A DNA stretch of 64,000 nt from a bacterium (GCA_020854115.1 JADZGC010000004.1:1665-65664), one strand, 5' to 3'. Counted from the first letter of the stretch, positions 29,059-38,477 are shown. Numbers and translations are program-made. Notes: generated by a model not told the origin, from the sequence alone.

Positions 29059-29736
29059 ATGGTTGAATTTAAGTTAAAGGCTGTTGAGCGAACTCAGCAG
29101 GGCAAGCAAGTGCGACAACTGCGCAAATCTGGTCAGGTGCCGGGCGTTGTCTATGGTCGTGAGGTGGAGAATCGTCTGGTTGCTCTCGATGACCTTACTT
29201 TTAAGCGCATCTATCATCAGGCAGGCCACTCATCATTGGTAGAGTTGGTTCTTGGTGATGATAAGCCAGTTAATGTTCTGATCGCTGACGTTCAGACGGA
29301 CCACCTTGGCAGGATTCTGCACGCAGATCTTCACCAGGTTAAGATGGATGAAGTCGTACGCGCCAATGTACCAGTGAAGCTTATTGGCGATGCTCCGGGT
29401 GTCTTCAATCTCGGCGGGACTCTCGTGCAGCCGCTTGAAGAACTTGAGATTGAGGCACTTCCAGCTGACCTCCCTCAGGCTATCGAGGTAGATATCGCAG
29501 GTCTCGAGAACTTCGACGATAGTATCTCGGTGTCAGATCTGAAGCTTGATAGTAAGCTCGTAGTCCTTACCGACGGGCACGAGCTCATTTGTCGCGTTGA
29601 GGCTCCACGCTCTGATGAAGAGATGGCCGCTCTCGAAGCTGAAATGGGCGACGAGCTGCCTGAGGATCTGGCAGAAGAGAAACAGGCTGCTGAAACCGCC
29701 GCTGAAGAGTCCAAAGAAGCCAAACCTGGCGAATAA
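29059..29736 (+). CDS. rplY: 50S ribosomal protein L25 (CTC type)
   Basis: LRKSGQVPGVVYG, HADL, VPVKL.G, ALP.DLP..IEVDI; acidic tail. Confidence 0.95.
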   Translation: MVEFKLKAVERTQQGKQVRQLRKSGQVPGVVYGREVENRLVALDDLTFKRIYHQAGHSSLVELVLGDDKPVNVLIADVQTDHLGRILHADLHQVKMDEVVRANVPVKLIGDAPGVFNLGGTLVQPLEELEIEALPADLPQAIEVDIAGLENFDDSISVSDLKLDSKLVVLTDGHELICRVEAPRSDEEMAALEAEMGDELPEDLAEEKQAAETAAEESKEAKPGE

Positions 29737-29755
29737 AACCTAGTTAGTCGAGAGT

Positions 29756-29783
29756 AGAAAAGCCCCCTCATGGGGGCTTTTCT
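29756..29783. terminator. Bidirectional intrinsic terminator between rplY and nrdR
   Basis: AGAAAAGCCCCC-tcat-GGGGGCTTTTCT. Confidence 0.85.
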
Positions 29784-29827
29784 TGTAGTTAGGGATATGC
29801 ATAATGAATGTGCTATAGCATGGTATA

Positions 29828-30277
29828 TCAGTAGTGCTTAATTGCTGCCTTTATATCTGATTTGGTGCGGACATCAAGGTGGGCTACTAGATAGTTCATA
29901 AAAACCTTCACGTCGATAGGCTTGAGCGTAGCCAGCGTGATCTGACGTATAAGTTCGTTAGGGATCTCTTCTTGCCCGCGTTCTAGAAGCTTGTACTCGA
30001 TGCTGTCGACGAGATTGTCGATATCAATCGCGCTGAGCTGTTCTTCAGGAACGGCTTTGAGGATTGAGCTAAATAAAAATGAGCGGCGGTAGGGGGTCGG
30101 ATTTGATTGCTGCTGCTCCGAACGCACCTGGATAAAAGATAAATCTTGCCGCTCATAGGTCGTTGAGACCTTGCCACAGTCCGCACATCGACGTCGCCGC
30201 CATATCTGGCTGCCACCTCGTGTCGAGCGCGTGTTCACCACCTCACTGTGGGGTGATCTGCATTTCGTGCAAATCAT
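29828..30277 (-). CDS. nrdR: NrdR-like transcriptional repressor
   Basis: CxxC...RRRRCxxC...TTYER zinc ribbon plus divergent ATP-cone. Confidence 0.85.
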   Translation of the reverse strand: MICTKCRSPHSEVVNTRSTRGGSQIWRRRRCADCGKVSTTYERQDLSFIQVRSEQQQSNPTPYRRSFLFSSILKAVPEEQLSAIDIDNLVDSIEYKLLERGQEEIPNELIRQITLATLKPIDVKVFMNYLVAHLDVRTKSDIKAAIKHY

Positions 30278-30362
30278 GTATATATATTGTCATATCACTT
30301 ATGGTTGGTGCAAGTGGATAACTTTCCAAAGTTGTGGATAAGTGAAGAACTTCTTGTAGATA

Positions 30363-30379
30363 TGTACGTATAATGTTCG
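30363..30379 (+). promoter_or_regulatory. Candidate SOS operator TGTACG-TATAA-TGTTCG overlapping dinB -10 elements
   Basis: 11-bp-period direct repeat; same pattern upstream of comM. Confidence 0.55.
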
Positions 30380-30405
30380 TATAATAAGATACAAAAAGAG
30401 AGGAT

Positions 30406-31662
30406 ATGGGTATGCTTGAGAAAATGCTTCGCCAACAACCACAGGATTATCGGACTTTGTATATCGATATGGATAGCTTCTTTGCTTCGGCCGAGCAGCA
30501 GCGTCGAGCTGAACTTAGGGGAAAGCCAGTTGGAGTTTGTCCCTTTGTATCTGATAATGGCTGCATTGTAGCTGCCTCCCGAGAGGCGAAGCGGATGGGA
30601 GTGAAGACGGCGATGCGAGTCTCGGAGGCCCGTCGGCGTGTGCCGGGTATTATTTTGGTGAGAGATACGCCCCAATACTATCGAGCGATTCATGCAGAGG
30701 TATTAAGGATTCTTGAAGCAACCTTATGTCGCTTGGATGTGCGGGGTATAGATGAGATGCGGCTGGAGATCCCCTCGTATATGCGGACTGCCAGCCAGGT
30801 AGAGGAATTAATTCGGTATATAAAACAATCTCTTCGAGATAGGTTGGGTGAAGTGTTAACTGCTTCAATCGGTATCGGTTCCAATGGCTGGCAAGCCAAA
30901 CAGGCTGCATCATTCAATAAGCCAGATGGGTTATTTGTCTTGAGGCAGAGTGATCTAGCGGAGTTTTATGCGCAGCGTAAACTTATCGACTGTACGGGCA
31001 TTAGGCACCGCATGAGTCGACGACTCTATAGTATGGGAATCCAATCGGTCCTTGATTTGTATCATGCTCCGGAGCCACTCTTGCGCAAGGAATTAGGTAT
31101 TAGTGGCACAAAATGGTACTTACGACTGCGAGGCTTTGAGGTAGACCAACGACCTGAGACGCTCAAGAAATCAATAGGACACCAGACGACACTTATGCCG
31201 CGGCCGGCTGAGACCCTTGCAGATCTGGAGGGGATGCTGGTAAAGATGCTTCTGAAAGTAGGATATCGTTTGCGAGCAACGCATCGGTTGGCGCGCGGCA
31301 TGATGATATCGGTGCGTTTTATTGACGGCGGAGGATGGAGTAAGGCTATTCGTCATATGACTCCAGTGGCGAGCCATGCCGGGCTAGTTGCCGAGATGGA
31401 GCAGCTGACTAAGCCTTTAGGGAGTCGATATCGACCAGTGAAGAAGGCTACTATCGTGACTTTTGACTTTGTGGCTGAAGGACAACAATCATACTTGCCA
31501 TTAGAGAGCGATAGGCAGCTTGCCCTGTCTCGTGCACTAGATGAGCTGAGAGGAAGATTCGGGGCTCGTGCAGTGATGACTGGTTCGGGGGTTTCACGGG
31601 ATATTTTCCCGGATCGGATTGGGTTTGGGGCACCCGAGCGACTCTTGTTGCCAGGTGATTAG
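30406..31662 (+). CDS. dinB: Y-family DNA polymerase (Pol IV/DinB)
   Basis: YIDMDSFFAS.EQ, ASREAK..GV, IDE, SIGIG.N...AK.A....KPDG. Confidence 0.92.
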   Translation: MGMLEKMLRQQPQDYRTLYIDMDSFFASAEQQRRAELRGKPVGVCPFVSDNGCIVAASREAKRMGVKTAMRVSEARRRVPGIILVRDTPQYYRAIHAEVLRILEATLCRLDVRGIDEMRLEIPSYMRTASQVEELIRYIKQSLRDRLGEVLTASIGIGSNGWQAKQAASFNKPDGLFVLRQSDLAEFYAQRKLIDCTGIRHRMSRRLYSMGIQSVLDLYHAPEPLLRKELGISGTKWYLRLRGFEVDQRPETLKKSIGHQTTLMPRPAETLADLEGMLVKMLLKVGYRLRATHRLARGMMISVRFIDGGGWSKAIRHMTPVASHAGLVAEMEQLTKPLGSRYRPVKKATIVTFDFVAEGQQSYLPLESDRQLALSRALDELRGRFGARAVMTGSGVSRDIFPDRIGFGAPERLLLPGD

Positions 31663-31705
31663 TCTTGCAAAAGTCTTTCTTTCCAGATATACTGACCTGG
31701 TTTTC

Positions 31706-31782
31706 GGGTCCTTAGCTCAGTTGGCTAGAGCGCTTCCTTGACGTGGAAGAGGTCAGAGGTTCGAGTCCCCTAGGACCCACCA
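31706..31782 (+). tRNA. tRNA-Val(GAC)
   Basis: GGGTCCT...AGGACCC-ACCA; arm CTTCC-TTGACGT-GGAAG. Confidence 0.95.
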
Positions 31783-31806
31783 TTTGGTGTATACTTAATT
31801 ACATAG

Positions 31807-31960
31807 TTGAAGAGGGCGTTTGAGGGTGGCCTAACCAGCCAAACAAGCCCCGTACTCATGGGCGTAACACATGAGAGAAGAGTGATTCGCTCGCCGCGAA
31901 TAAATCTGGTGGAACCCCCCGATGATCGGGGCCAGATAATTGAGGTGGGTGTTTTTGTTT
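31807..31960 (+). promoter_or_regulatory. T-box riboswitch leader of thrS
   Basis: Antiterminator TCTGG-[TGGAACC]-CCCCGA..TCGGGG-CCAGA, upstream hairpins, downstream T-rich tract. Confidence 0.8.
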
Positions 31961-31980
31961 GTATTAAGGAGAATATTCTG

Positions 31981-33789
31981 ATGGATGAAAAATTACATGC
32001 GATGCGACATAGTGCGGCCCACGTCTTGGCTGCGGCAATCCAGAAGCTTTATCCTGAAGCTCAGTTCGGTGTTGGCCCGGTTATCGATAACGGCTTTTAT
32101 TATGATGTACGCACCGATCAGCCGCTCACGGAGTCGGATCTCAAGCAGGTAGAAAAAGAGATGCGAAACATAATTCGACGTAATCTTCCGATGAAACGAG
32201 AAGAATGGAGTATTGATCGAGCAATAGATTATTTCAAAGAGCACAAGCAACCCTACAAAGTAGAATTGCTGCAAGATTTACAACAGCATGGTACAACGAA
32301 GCTCAAGGATTTCAAGAGCGAAGACCTTGGATTAGGTAATAGTGATGAAAAAATTACAACAATAACCATCTACAAGACAGGTGATTTTGTAGACCTCTGT
32401 AAGGGTCCTCATGCCGATTCTACAGGAGAAGTAGGTGCGTTTAAGCTCAATAAATTAGCAGGTGCATATTGGCGAGGGGACGAGAAACGAGATCAATTAC
32501 AGCGCATATATGGTCTAGGCTTTGAGACGCAGGCTCAACTAGATGAGTATTTGCAAGAGCTAGAGGATGTCGCGAAGCGTGACCACCGAAAGCTTGGGCA
32601 AGAACTTGATCTGTTTACGTTTTCGGACTTGGTTGGACCGGGTCTACCGCTCTACACACCAAGGGGTACGTTGGTCATGGAGTCTCTTAAGGACGCATTA
32701 CGCCAGATTGGTCAGAAATACGGCATGCAATTTGTATCTATCCCGCATATCGCCAAGCGAGATTTATACGAGGTATCTGGTCATGCGGCGAAGTTTGGTA
32801 ATGAGTTGTTTGAGGTACATTCACATTTCGTGCAAGACTTCGTAATGAAGCCAGTGAACTGCCCACATCACACGCAAATCTATGCTGCTCGACCGAGAAG
32901 TTACCGCGATCTACCGATTCGTATGGCCGAGATGACCATGCAGTATCGTGATGAGAAGCCTGGTGAGATAGGTGGCCTTACTCGTACTCGCGGGTTTACC
33001 GTTGATGACGGGCATGTGTTCTGTCGAGTCGATCAAATCCAAGAAGAAGTGAAAGTACTGGTTCGAATAATAAAAGAGTTCTATTCAGGATTTGGTCTGT
33101 GGGGGAAGCATTGGGTATCGTTATCATTGCGCGATCCGAATAATATGGATGGCTATGTTGGCGAATTATCAGATTGGGAAGAGGCTGAGAGGATGCTCGC
33201 GGATCTCGCTCGAGAGGAGGCTCTTGATGCCAAGCCGATGCCTGGTGAGGCGGCTATTTATGGTCCGAAGTTAGATTTTATGTTTGTCGACGCGCTTGGT
33301 CGTGAGCGACAACTTGCTACTATTCAACTTGATTTTGCCATGCCAAAACGTTTCGGTCTCACGTACGTCGATCAGTCTGGGGCCGAGCAGACTCCTGTAA
33401 TGATTCATCGTGCAATATTGGGTTCATTCGAGCGCTTTATGGCAATCATAATTGAGCATTACGCGGGTGCATTTCCGGTATGGCTAGCGCCAGAACAAGT
33501 CAGAGTCTTACCGGTATCAGAAAAGTATGTAGAGTATGGGCGTACCGCATTTGAGACCTTACGCTCAGCTGGAGTGCGCGTCGAAATAGACGATACGAAT
33601 GAGTCACTTGGTAAACGAATACGTAACGCTGAGCTATTTAAGGTGCCGTATAGTCTTGTAGTTGGTGAGCGCGAAGCAGAAAACAGTACTGTGGCTGTAA
33701 GGAAATATGGCGAGGGCGACCAGGGAGTAATGAAACTTGATGAGTTTGTTGCAAAAATCACCACGGAAATCAAAGAGCGCACTGTTTAA
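31981..33789 (+). CDS. thrS: Threonine--tRNA ligase
   Basis: RHSAAHVLA, DLCKGPH, RDHRKLG, KPVNCPHH, YGPKLD, MIHRA; SD AAGGAG before ATG 31981. Confidence 0.97.
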   Translation: MDEKLHAMRHSAAHVLAAAIQKLYPEAQFGVGPVIDNGFYYDVRTDQPLTESDLKQVEKEMRNIIRRNLPMKREEWSIDRAIDYFKEHKQPYKVELLQDLQQHGTTKLKDFKSEDLGLGNSDEKITTITIYKTGDFVDLCKGPHADSTGEVGAFKLNKLAGAYWRGDEKRDQLQRIYGLGFETQAQLDEYLQELEDVAKRDHRKLGQELDLFTFSDLVGPGLPLYTPRGTLVMESLKDALRQIGQKYGMQFVSIPHIAKRDLYEVSGHAAKFGNELFEVHSHFVQDFVMKPVNCPHHTQIYAARPRSYRDLPIRMAEMTMQYRDEKPGEIGGLTRTRGFTVDDGHVFCRVDQIQEEVKVLVRIIKEFYSGFGLWGKHWVSLSLRDPNNMDGYVGELSDWEEAERMLADLAREEALDAKPMPGEAAIYGPKLDFMFVDALGRERQLATIQLDFAMPKRFGLTYVDQSGAEQTPVMIHRAILGSFERFMAIIIEHYAGAFPVWLAPEQVRVLPVSEKYVEYGRTAFETLRSAGVRVEIDDTNESLGKRIRNAELFKVPYSLVVGEREAENSTVAVRKYGEGDQGVMKLDEFVAKITTEIKERTV

Positions 33790-34669
33790 TCGATCTGGAC
33801 CACTAGTTGTTATAGTGGGTCAGACAGCAAGCGGGAAGTCAGCGCTTGCTATGCAGATAGCTAAAAAGCATGACGGTGAGATAGTATGCGCTGATTCACG
33901 CACGGTTTATAAAGGCATGGATATTGGAACGGCTAAGCCGCCAAAAGCCGATCAGAAAAAAGTTCAGCATTATCTCCTAGACATAGTAGATTCCTCCGAG
34001 AGAATGTCGGCGCATGATTTTGTTCGATTATCAAAAAAAGCTTTAAATAGTATTTGGTCTCGAAATAAGTTGCCAATTGTTGTTGGTGGCAGTGGCATGT
34101 ATATAGATGCACTGATATTTGGGTATACATTTCGTAATAATGATGTAGTGCCCCTTAAGAGATACGAACAAATGAGCCTTAGCCAATTACAGAGCGAGGC
34201 TAAGCAGCGGTTTGGTGGCGTGATTAGCGAACAGGATTACAAGAATCCACGCCGCTTACAGGCACTTCTGCAGCGAGGGTTTGCGAGTAATAATGATAGG
34301 TCGGCACTGAATCTTGATTGCCTTGTATTGGGTCTGGAATTATCTGATGGAGTATTAAAAGAACGGATCCGTTTGCGAACCAAGGAGATGTTTACAGACG
34401 GTTTCACAAATGAGGTGAAGCGATTGCTGAAAAAATATCCCCCGTCCGCACCAGGATTGCAGGCAACTGGTTATCGAGAGGTTGTCGATGGTCTAGAGAA
34501 TGGTCTAGATAAGGATAAAATTGCTCAGGCTGTAGAGCGTGCGACTTGGCAGCTTGCACGCAAGCAGCGAACTTGGTTTCGTAGGAATAAACACATTCAA
34601 TGGATGCAGTCGTCAGATCAGGCCATTCGAGAGGTGTCTATCTATCTCGAACAATCGAAGCTACAATAA
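33740..34669 (+). CDS. miaA: tRNA dimethylallyltransferase
   Basis: GQTASGKS, ADSRTVYKGMDIGTAKP, VGGSGMY, ARKQRTWF. Confidence 0.95.
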   Translation: MSLLQKSPRKSKSALFNRSGPLVVIVGQTASGKSALAMQIAKKHDGEIVCADSRTVYKGMDIGTAKPPKADQKKVQHYLLDIVDSSERMSAHDFVRLSKKALNSIWSRNKLPIVVGGSGMYIDALIFGYTFRNNDVVPLKRYEQMSLSQLQSEAKQRFGGVISEQDYKNPRRLQALLQRGFASNNDRSALNLDCLVLGLELSDGVLKERIRLRTKEMFTDGFTNEVKRLLKKYPPSAPGLQATGYREVVDGLENGLDKDKIAQAVERATWQLARKQRTWFRRNKHIQWMQSSDQAIREVSIYLEQSKLQ

Positions 34670-34673
34670 GTGT

Positions 34674-36017
34674 ATGAAGTTGCGTGGTGATGTAAGCGAG
34701 AAAGCCGGTCGAATCATCGATTGGAGCATGAGTTTGATAGGGCGTAGATCAACTGCACTGCCAGGGTATGTGGCGGAGCGTATCGACCCTAAGGTGTTGT
34801 ATAAAATACTGCAAAAGCGTCGATTCTCTGAACGCATTATAGTTACAGGTACTAATGGGAAAACCACCACCACACTGTTGCTAAAAAATGTACTGCAGGC
34901 TGCAGGATATGCAGTCGTTAACAATGACTCTGGGTCAAACTTAAGTCGAGGTGTGCTGACTACGCTTTTGCAAGACTTGCGTCAAGGTGATCGTACGGTC
35001 TTACTTCTGGAGGTAGACGAGGCGAGTATGCCTGTCGTAGTAGATGCCGTGCAGCCGACTCATATTGTTGTGATGAATCTATTCCGCGATCAGCTCGATC
35101 GCTATGGGGAAGTAACGACAACCCAACAGATAATTAAGCATGCACTTGATAAAGCTCCAGATGCAAAGCTCATTCTAAACGCTGATGATCCGTGGGTGGC
35201 TATGCTCGGTCGAGATAAGAGTTCGCATTTCTTTGGATTGAGTGTTGCACGAAATCTCACGTTACCTCATGACTTCGCGGCCGACATCCCTGTGGCGTCA
35301 TCCGGTGCGGGTTTTAGTTATTCTCGACGTTACTTTGGGCACTTAGGGCATTACGCGGCAAACGATGGTAGCTTCCGAAGGCCTAAGCCAGAAGTGCAGG
35401 TATTGAATTATGTAGTTGAAAATAATCATTTGCAGCGCCTTAGGTTAACGTTGTCAAATAAGCAACATTCTATAAATACACATCTTAGGGGTATATATAA
35501 TGCCTACAATATATCTGCTGTAATGCTTACATCAATGATTTTAAAAATTAATCTCGCTACCGCAATTAAGGCGATTGAGCATACTGCACCTGCATTTGGC
35601 AGGCAAGAGAAAGTGGCCGTTCAAGGGGTGGAGTATGACTTTCAGCTCATCAAGAACCCAATCGGGTTTAACCAGGTAATACAAGAGTTTTGTATGGATC
35701 CACGGGATAACAGACCGATTGTATTTGCTATTAATGATAATTTTGCTGATGGTAGAGATGTATCTTGGTTATGGGATGTTGCAATAGAGGATATACAGAC
35801 AGGCGGACCATGCATAACCTCTGGCATTAGGGCGTATGATATGGCGTTACGTTTGCAGTACGCAGGGATAGAGTGCGAGGTTATACCAGATATCCGGCAA
35901 GCCCTACACCGAGCCGCGACTATAGCCTCGGTGCCAGGTGTGCGCATATTGCCGACCTATACGGCGCTCTTAGAGATTAGGAAGCAGTTTGCATTAAAGC
36001 TGGAGCATGCGTCATGA
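34674..36017 (+). CDS. murT: MurT lipid II isoglutaminyl synthase subunit
   Basis: TGTNGKTTT, LEVDEA, NLFRDQLDRYGE, ADGRDVSWLWD, PTYTA. Confidence 0.93.
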   Translation: MKLRGDVSEKAGRIIDWSMSLIGRRSTALPGYVAERIDPKVLYKILQKRRFSERIIVTGTNGKTTTTLLLKNVLQAAGYAVVNNDSGSNLSRGVLTTLLQDLRQGDRTVLLLEVDEASMPVVVDAVQPTHIVVMNLFRDQLDRYGEVTTTQQIIKHALDKAPDAKLILNADDPWVAMLGRDKSSHFFGLSVARNLTLPHDFAADIPVASSGAGFSYSRRYFGHLGHYAANDGSFRRPKPEVQVLNYVVENNHLQRLRLTLSNKQHSINTHLRGIYNAYNISAVMLTSMILKINLATAIKAIEHTAPAFGRQEKVAVQGVEYDFQLIKNPIGFNQVIQEFCMDPRDNRPIVFAINDNFADGRDVSWLWDVAIEDIQTGGPCITSGIRAYDMALRLQYAGIECEVIPDIRQALHRAATIASVPGVRILPTYTALLEIRKQFALKLEHAS

Positions 36018-36733
36018 AGCCACTACAAAAAGTCCATATTATTTATCTCTTTCCTCGAGAGATGAATACGTATGGTGATCGCGGGAATGTCCTATGTCTA
36101 CAGAAGCGCCTTGAATGGAGGGGCATAAAGGTAGAGGTGATAGAATTCCATCCTGGAGATCGCGTACCAAAACATTCTGATCTGATATTTATGGGTGGCG
36201 GGCAAGATAGTGGGCAACGTATAGTTGAGCAGTCGATGCTTCAGCTGGCTGGCTGGCTCAAAGATCAGGTGGAGGCCGATACGCCTGCGCTTATGATCTG
36301 TGGAGCATATCAGCTCTTGGGTAGGTACTTCGAAACCCATGAAGGCAATCATATACAGGGTGTAGATATCTTTGATGCGCATACGGTTGCCGGCGATAAG
36401 CGACTTATCGGAAATGTTCGTGTGCAGACTGAGCAGTTTGGGGAATTGATAGGTTTTGAGAATCATTCAGGCAAGACATATCTTGGACCAACCGCGCAGG
36501 CGCTCGGCAGGACACGTAGAGGATCAGGTAATAATGGCAGCGACAGAACAGAGGGGATTGTACATCGAAATTTTGTGGGCACCTACTTGCATGGGCCAAT
36601 CTTGCCTAAGAATCCGCAGCTCGCAGATTGGCTCATAAGTCGTGCGGCCAATATGTCGCATACAGAATTAGCGCAATTCGAGGATAGTTTTGTAGTTCAA
36701 GCGCGAGCGATTGCAGCGCGCCGCCCTCGCTAG
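36014..36733 (+). CDS. gatD: GatD (CobQ-like) glutamine amidotransferase
   Basis: YGDRGN, GGGQD, ICGAYQLLG, GFENH, YLHGP.LPKNP. Confidence 0.93.
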   Translation: MKPLQKVHIIYLFPREMNTYGDRGNVLCLQKRLEWRGIKVEVIEFHPGDRVPKHSDLIFMGGGQDSGQRIVEQSMLQLAGWLKDQVEADTPALMICGAYQLLGRYFETHEGNHIQGVDIFDAHTVAGDKRLIGNVRVQTEQFGELIGFENHSGKTYLGPTAQALGRTRRGSGNNGSDRTEGIVHRNFVGTYLHGPILPKNPQLADWLISRAANMSHTELAQFEDSFVVQARAIAARRPR

Positions 36734-36856
36734 TGTTCGCGCAGAAAATCGTAGTATTCACTTATTATTTCTACTATAATTTCAGATAAGATACTGGTTT
36801 TTGTCTAAAAAAAGTGTACACTAATGAGTAAGGAATGTAAGAGAGGGTAAAACAAC

Positions 36857-37573
36857 GTGCCACTTGACTCGCTATTTGGTTCAAAGACCCGAGTAAAATT
36901 ATTGAGCCTTTTTTATAACAACCCAGAGCGCCCATTTTATGTGCGTGAGATTACACGCAAGATCAATGAGCAAATCAACTCTGTTCGTCGAGAGCTGCAA
37001 AATCTTTTGAATATTGGCATCGTGCAGTCGGTTAATCAATCAAATCGCCTATACTATGAGGTTGATCCTAGCTTTAAGTTTCATAATGAACTCATGTCGA
37101 TGTTCCAAAAGATCCCTGCCAAGTCTAAAGAGATGAAAGAAACTAAAGAAGAAGACCAGATCCTCAAAAAAGTTCAGAAAGCAGGTAATGTAAAGCTTCT
37201 CTTCCTATCGGGGGCATTCGTGCGAGGGAGTATGCAGAGCGTGGACATGTTTATAGTTGGAGATATGAATAAAGCACGCCTGGCTCAGATTATCGAATCT
37301 CTCGAGCAATCTATGAATCGTGAACTGAACTATGCGGCGCTGAGGGTTGAAGATTTTGACTATCGACGCAACCTCAACGATCGCTTCGTACTTGATATGC
37401 TTGATGCACGTAAGATCGTACTGAAAGATGACCTAGGTATCTTTGCTAGTCAGAAGACCGAAGGAGCAACATCATCACAGGAGCAAGGTGCCTCTATTCC
37501 ACCGGTAACAGTTAATGTGTCGGCTCCCAACTCAGAGATCACAACCGAAGAGGCAATGCGTCTCGCTAAATAA
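36857..37573 (+). CDS. Winged-HTH protein with nucleotidyltransferase-like C-domain
   Basis: LFGSKTRVKLL, YVREI.R, NSVRREL..L..IG; 'GAF....VDMFIVGD'. Confidence 0.75.
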   Translation: MPLDSLFGSKTRVKLLSLFYNNPERPFYVREITRKINEQINSVRRELQNLLNIGIVQSVNQSNRLYYEVDPSFKFHNELMSMFQKIPAKSKEMKETKEEDQILKKVQKAGNVKLLFLSGAFVRGSMQSVDMFIVGDMNKARLAQIIESLEQSMNRELNYAALRVEDFDYRRNLNDRFVLDMLDARKIVLKDDLGIFASQKTEGATSSQEQGASIPPVTVNVSAPNSEITTEEAMRLAK

Positions 37574-37653
37574 ACGATGTAATAAATACATCATACATAG
37601 TGTAGTCTATATTCTGCATCCCTGATCTGATATACTCCTAGAAGCAAAAAGGA

Positions 37654-38193
37654 GTGGAGATGGAAATTAAGCGCATAGATGCTCGGCATATTGAATTGAC
37701 CCTAGGCCGTAAGGCGGTAGCCATAGGACCAGAAGGCGGACGGTCAGGCGATGTAGTGCTGTATACGCAGATTCCAAAGCAAGATGTTGCAATGCGGCCA
37801 GGAGTATTCTTTGAGCCTGGTGAATACGAGGTTCAGGGCATTATGGTGGATGGCGTGAAGTCTGATGATGGCCTGGTGTCTTATCATATCGTGCAGGACG
37901 GCATCATGATCGCTGCGGTTGCCTTACGGACCGTTGCTGCGCTAACAGATGAGGTGATCGAGTACCTGCAGCCTTCGCAGGTATTGTGCATTTGGCTTGA
38001 AGAAGGCAAAGCGAGTGATCTGGCAGACCTCTTGGCCAAGCTAGAGGCCTCTATTGTGGTACCAGTAGGATTGCCTTTTGAGTCTGGCGAGCTCGAAGCA
38101 GTTGTCAAAATGCCCCAAGAATCAACTGAGCAGATTAAGATATCATCAAAAGATATATCATTTGATCAGCCCAAACTCTATATATTGCAGTAG
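37654..38193 (+). CDS. Degenerate metallo-beta-lactamase-fold protein
   Basis: 'PGEYEVQGI.V.G' motif; no HxHxDH metal motif. Confidence 0.55.
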   Translation: MEMEIKRIDARHIELTLGRKAVAIGPEGGRSGDVVLYTQIPKQDVAMRPGVFFEPGEYEVQGIMVDGVKSDDGLVSYHIVQDGIMIAAVALRTVAALTDEVIEYLQPSQVLCIWLEEGKASDLADLLAKLEASIVVPVGLPFESGELEAVVKMPQESTEQIKISSKDISFDQPKLYILQ

Positions 38194-38206
38194 AACCTAA
38201 TGTGAT

Positions 38207-38238
38207 ACTAGAAAAGCCCCTTATGGGGCTTTTCTAGT
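38207..38238. terminator. Bidirectional intrinsic terminator downstream of rpmB
   Basis: ACTAGAAAAGCCCC-ttat-GGGGCTTTTCTAGT between convergent genes. Confidence 0.85.
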
Positions 38239-38258
38239 TAAGTGGAAATGGCTGGAGG

Positions 38259-38477
38259 CTACTTGGTAGTGAGTTCGGTCTTAGCGAGGTTGCGTTCGTG
38301 CTTTCGCAAGCTGCGAATCGTAGATGCAGCGAGTTGTACACGAACCTTCTGTCCATTTATGATCAGAGTTTTCTTCTGTAGATTTGGACGCCAAACCTTA
38401 GGCGTATGTCGCATCGAGTGGCTGACATTGCGCCCGAAAAGCTTTCCCTTACCTGTAATATCACATTTACTTGCCAT
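38259..38477 (-). CDS. rpmB: 50S ribosomal protein L28
   Basis: CDITGK...GRNVSHS..HT..W.PNLQ. Confidence 0.95.
   Translation of the reverse strand: MASKCDITGKGKLFGRNVSHSMRHTPKVWRPNLQKKTLIINGQKVRVQLAASTIRSLRKHERNLAKTELTTK

Noticed and set aside
30295-30400. Replication origin at the DnaA boxes
   Set aside because: Only two boxes, no dnaA/dnaN nearby and no switch in gene-strand bias
31807-31980. N-terminal extension of ThrS in the ORF track (and similar extensions for purF, argS, murT and pilin)
   Set aside because: These frames run through a T-box, tRNA, promoter or neighbouring gene; better starts lie downstream
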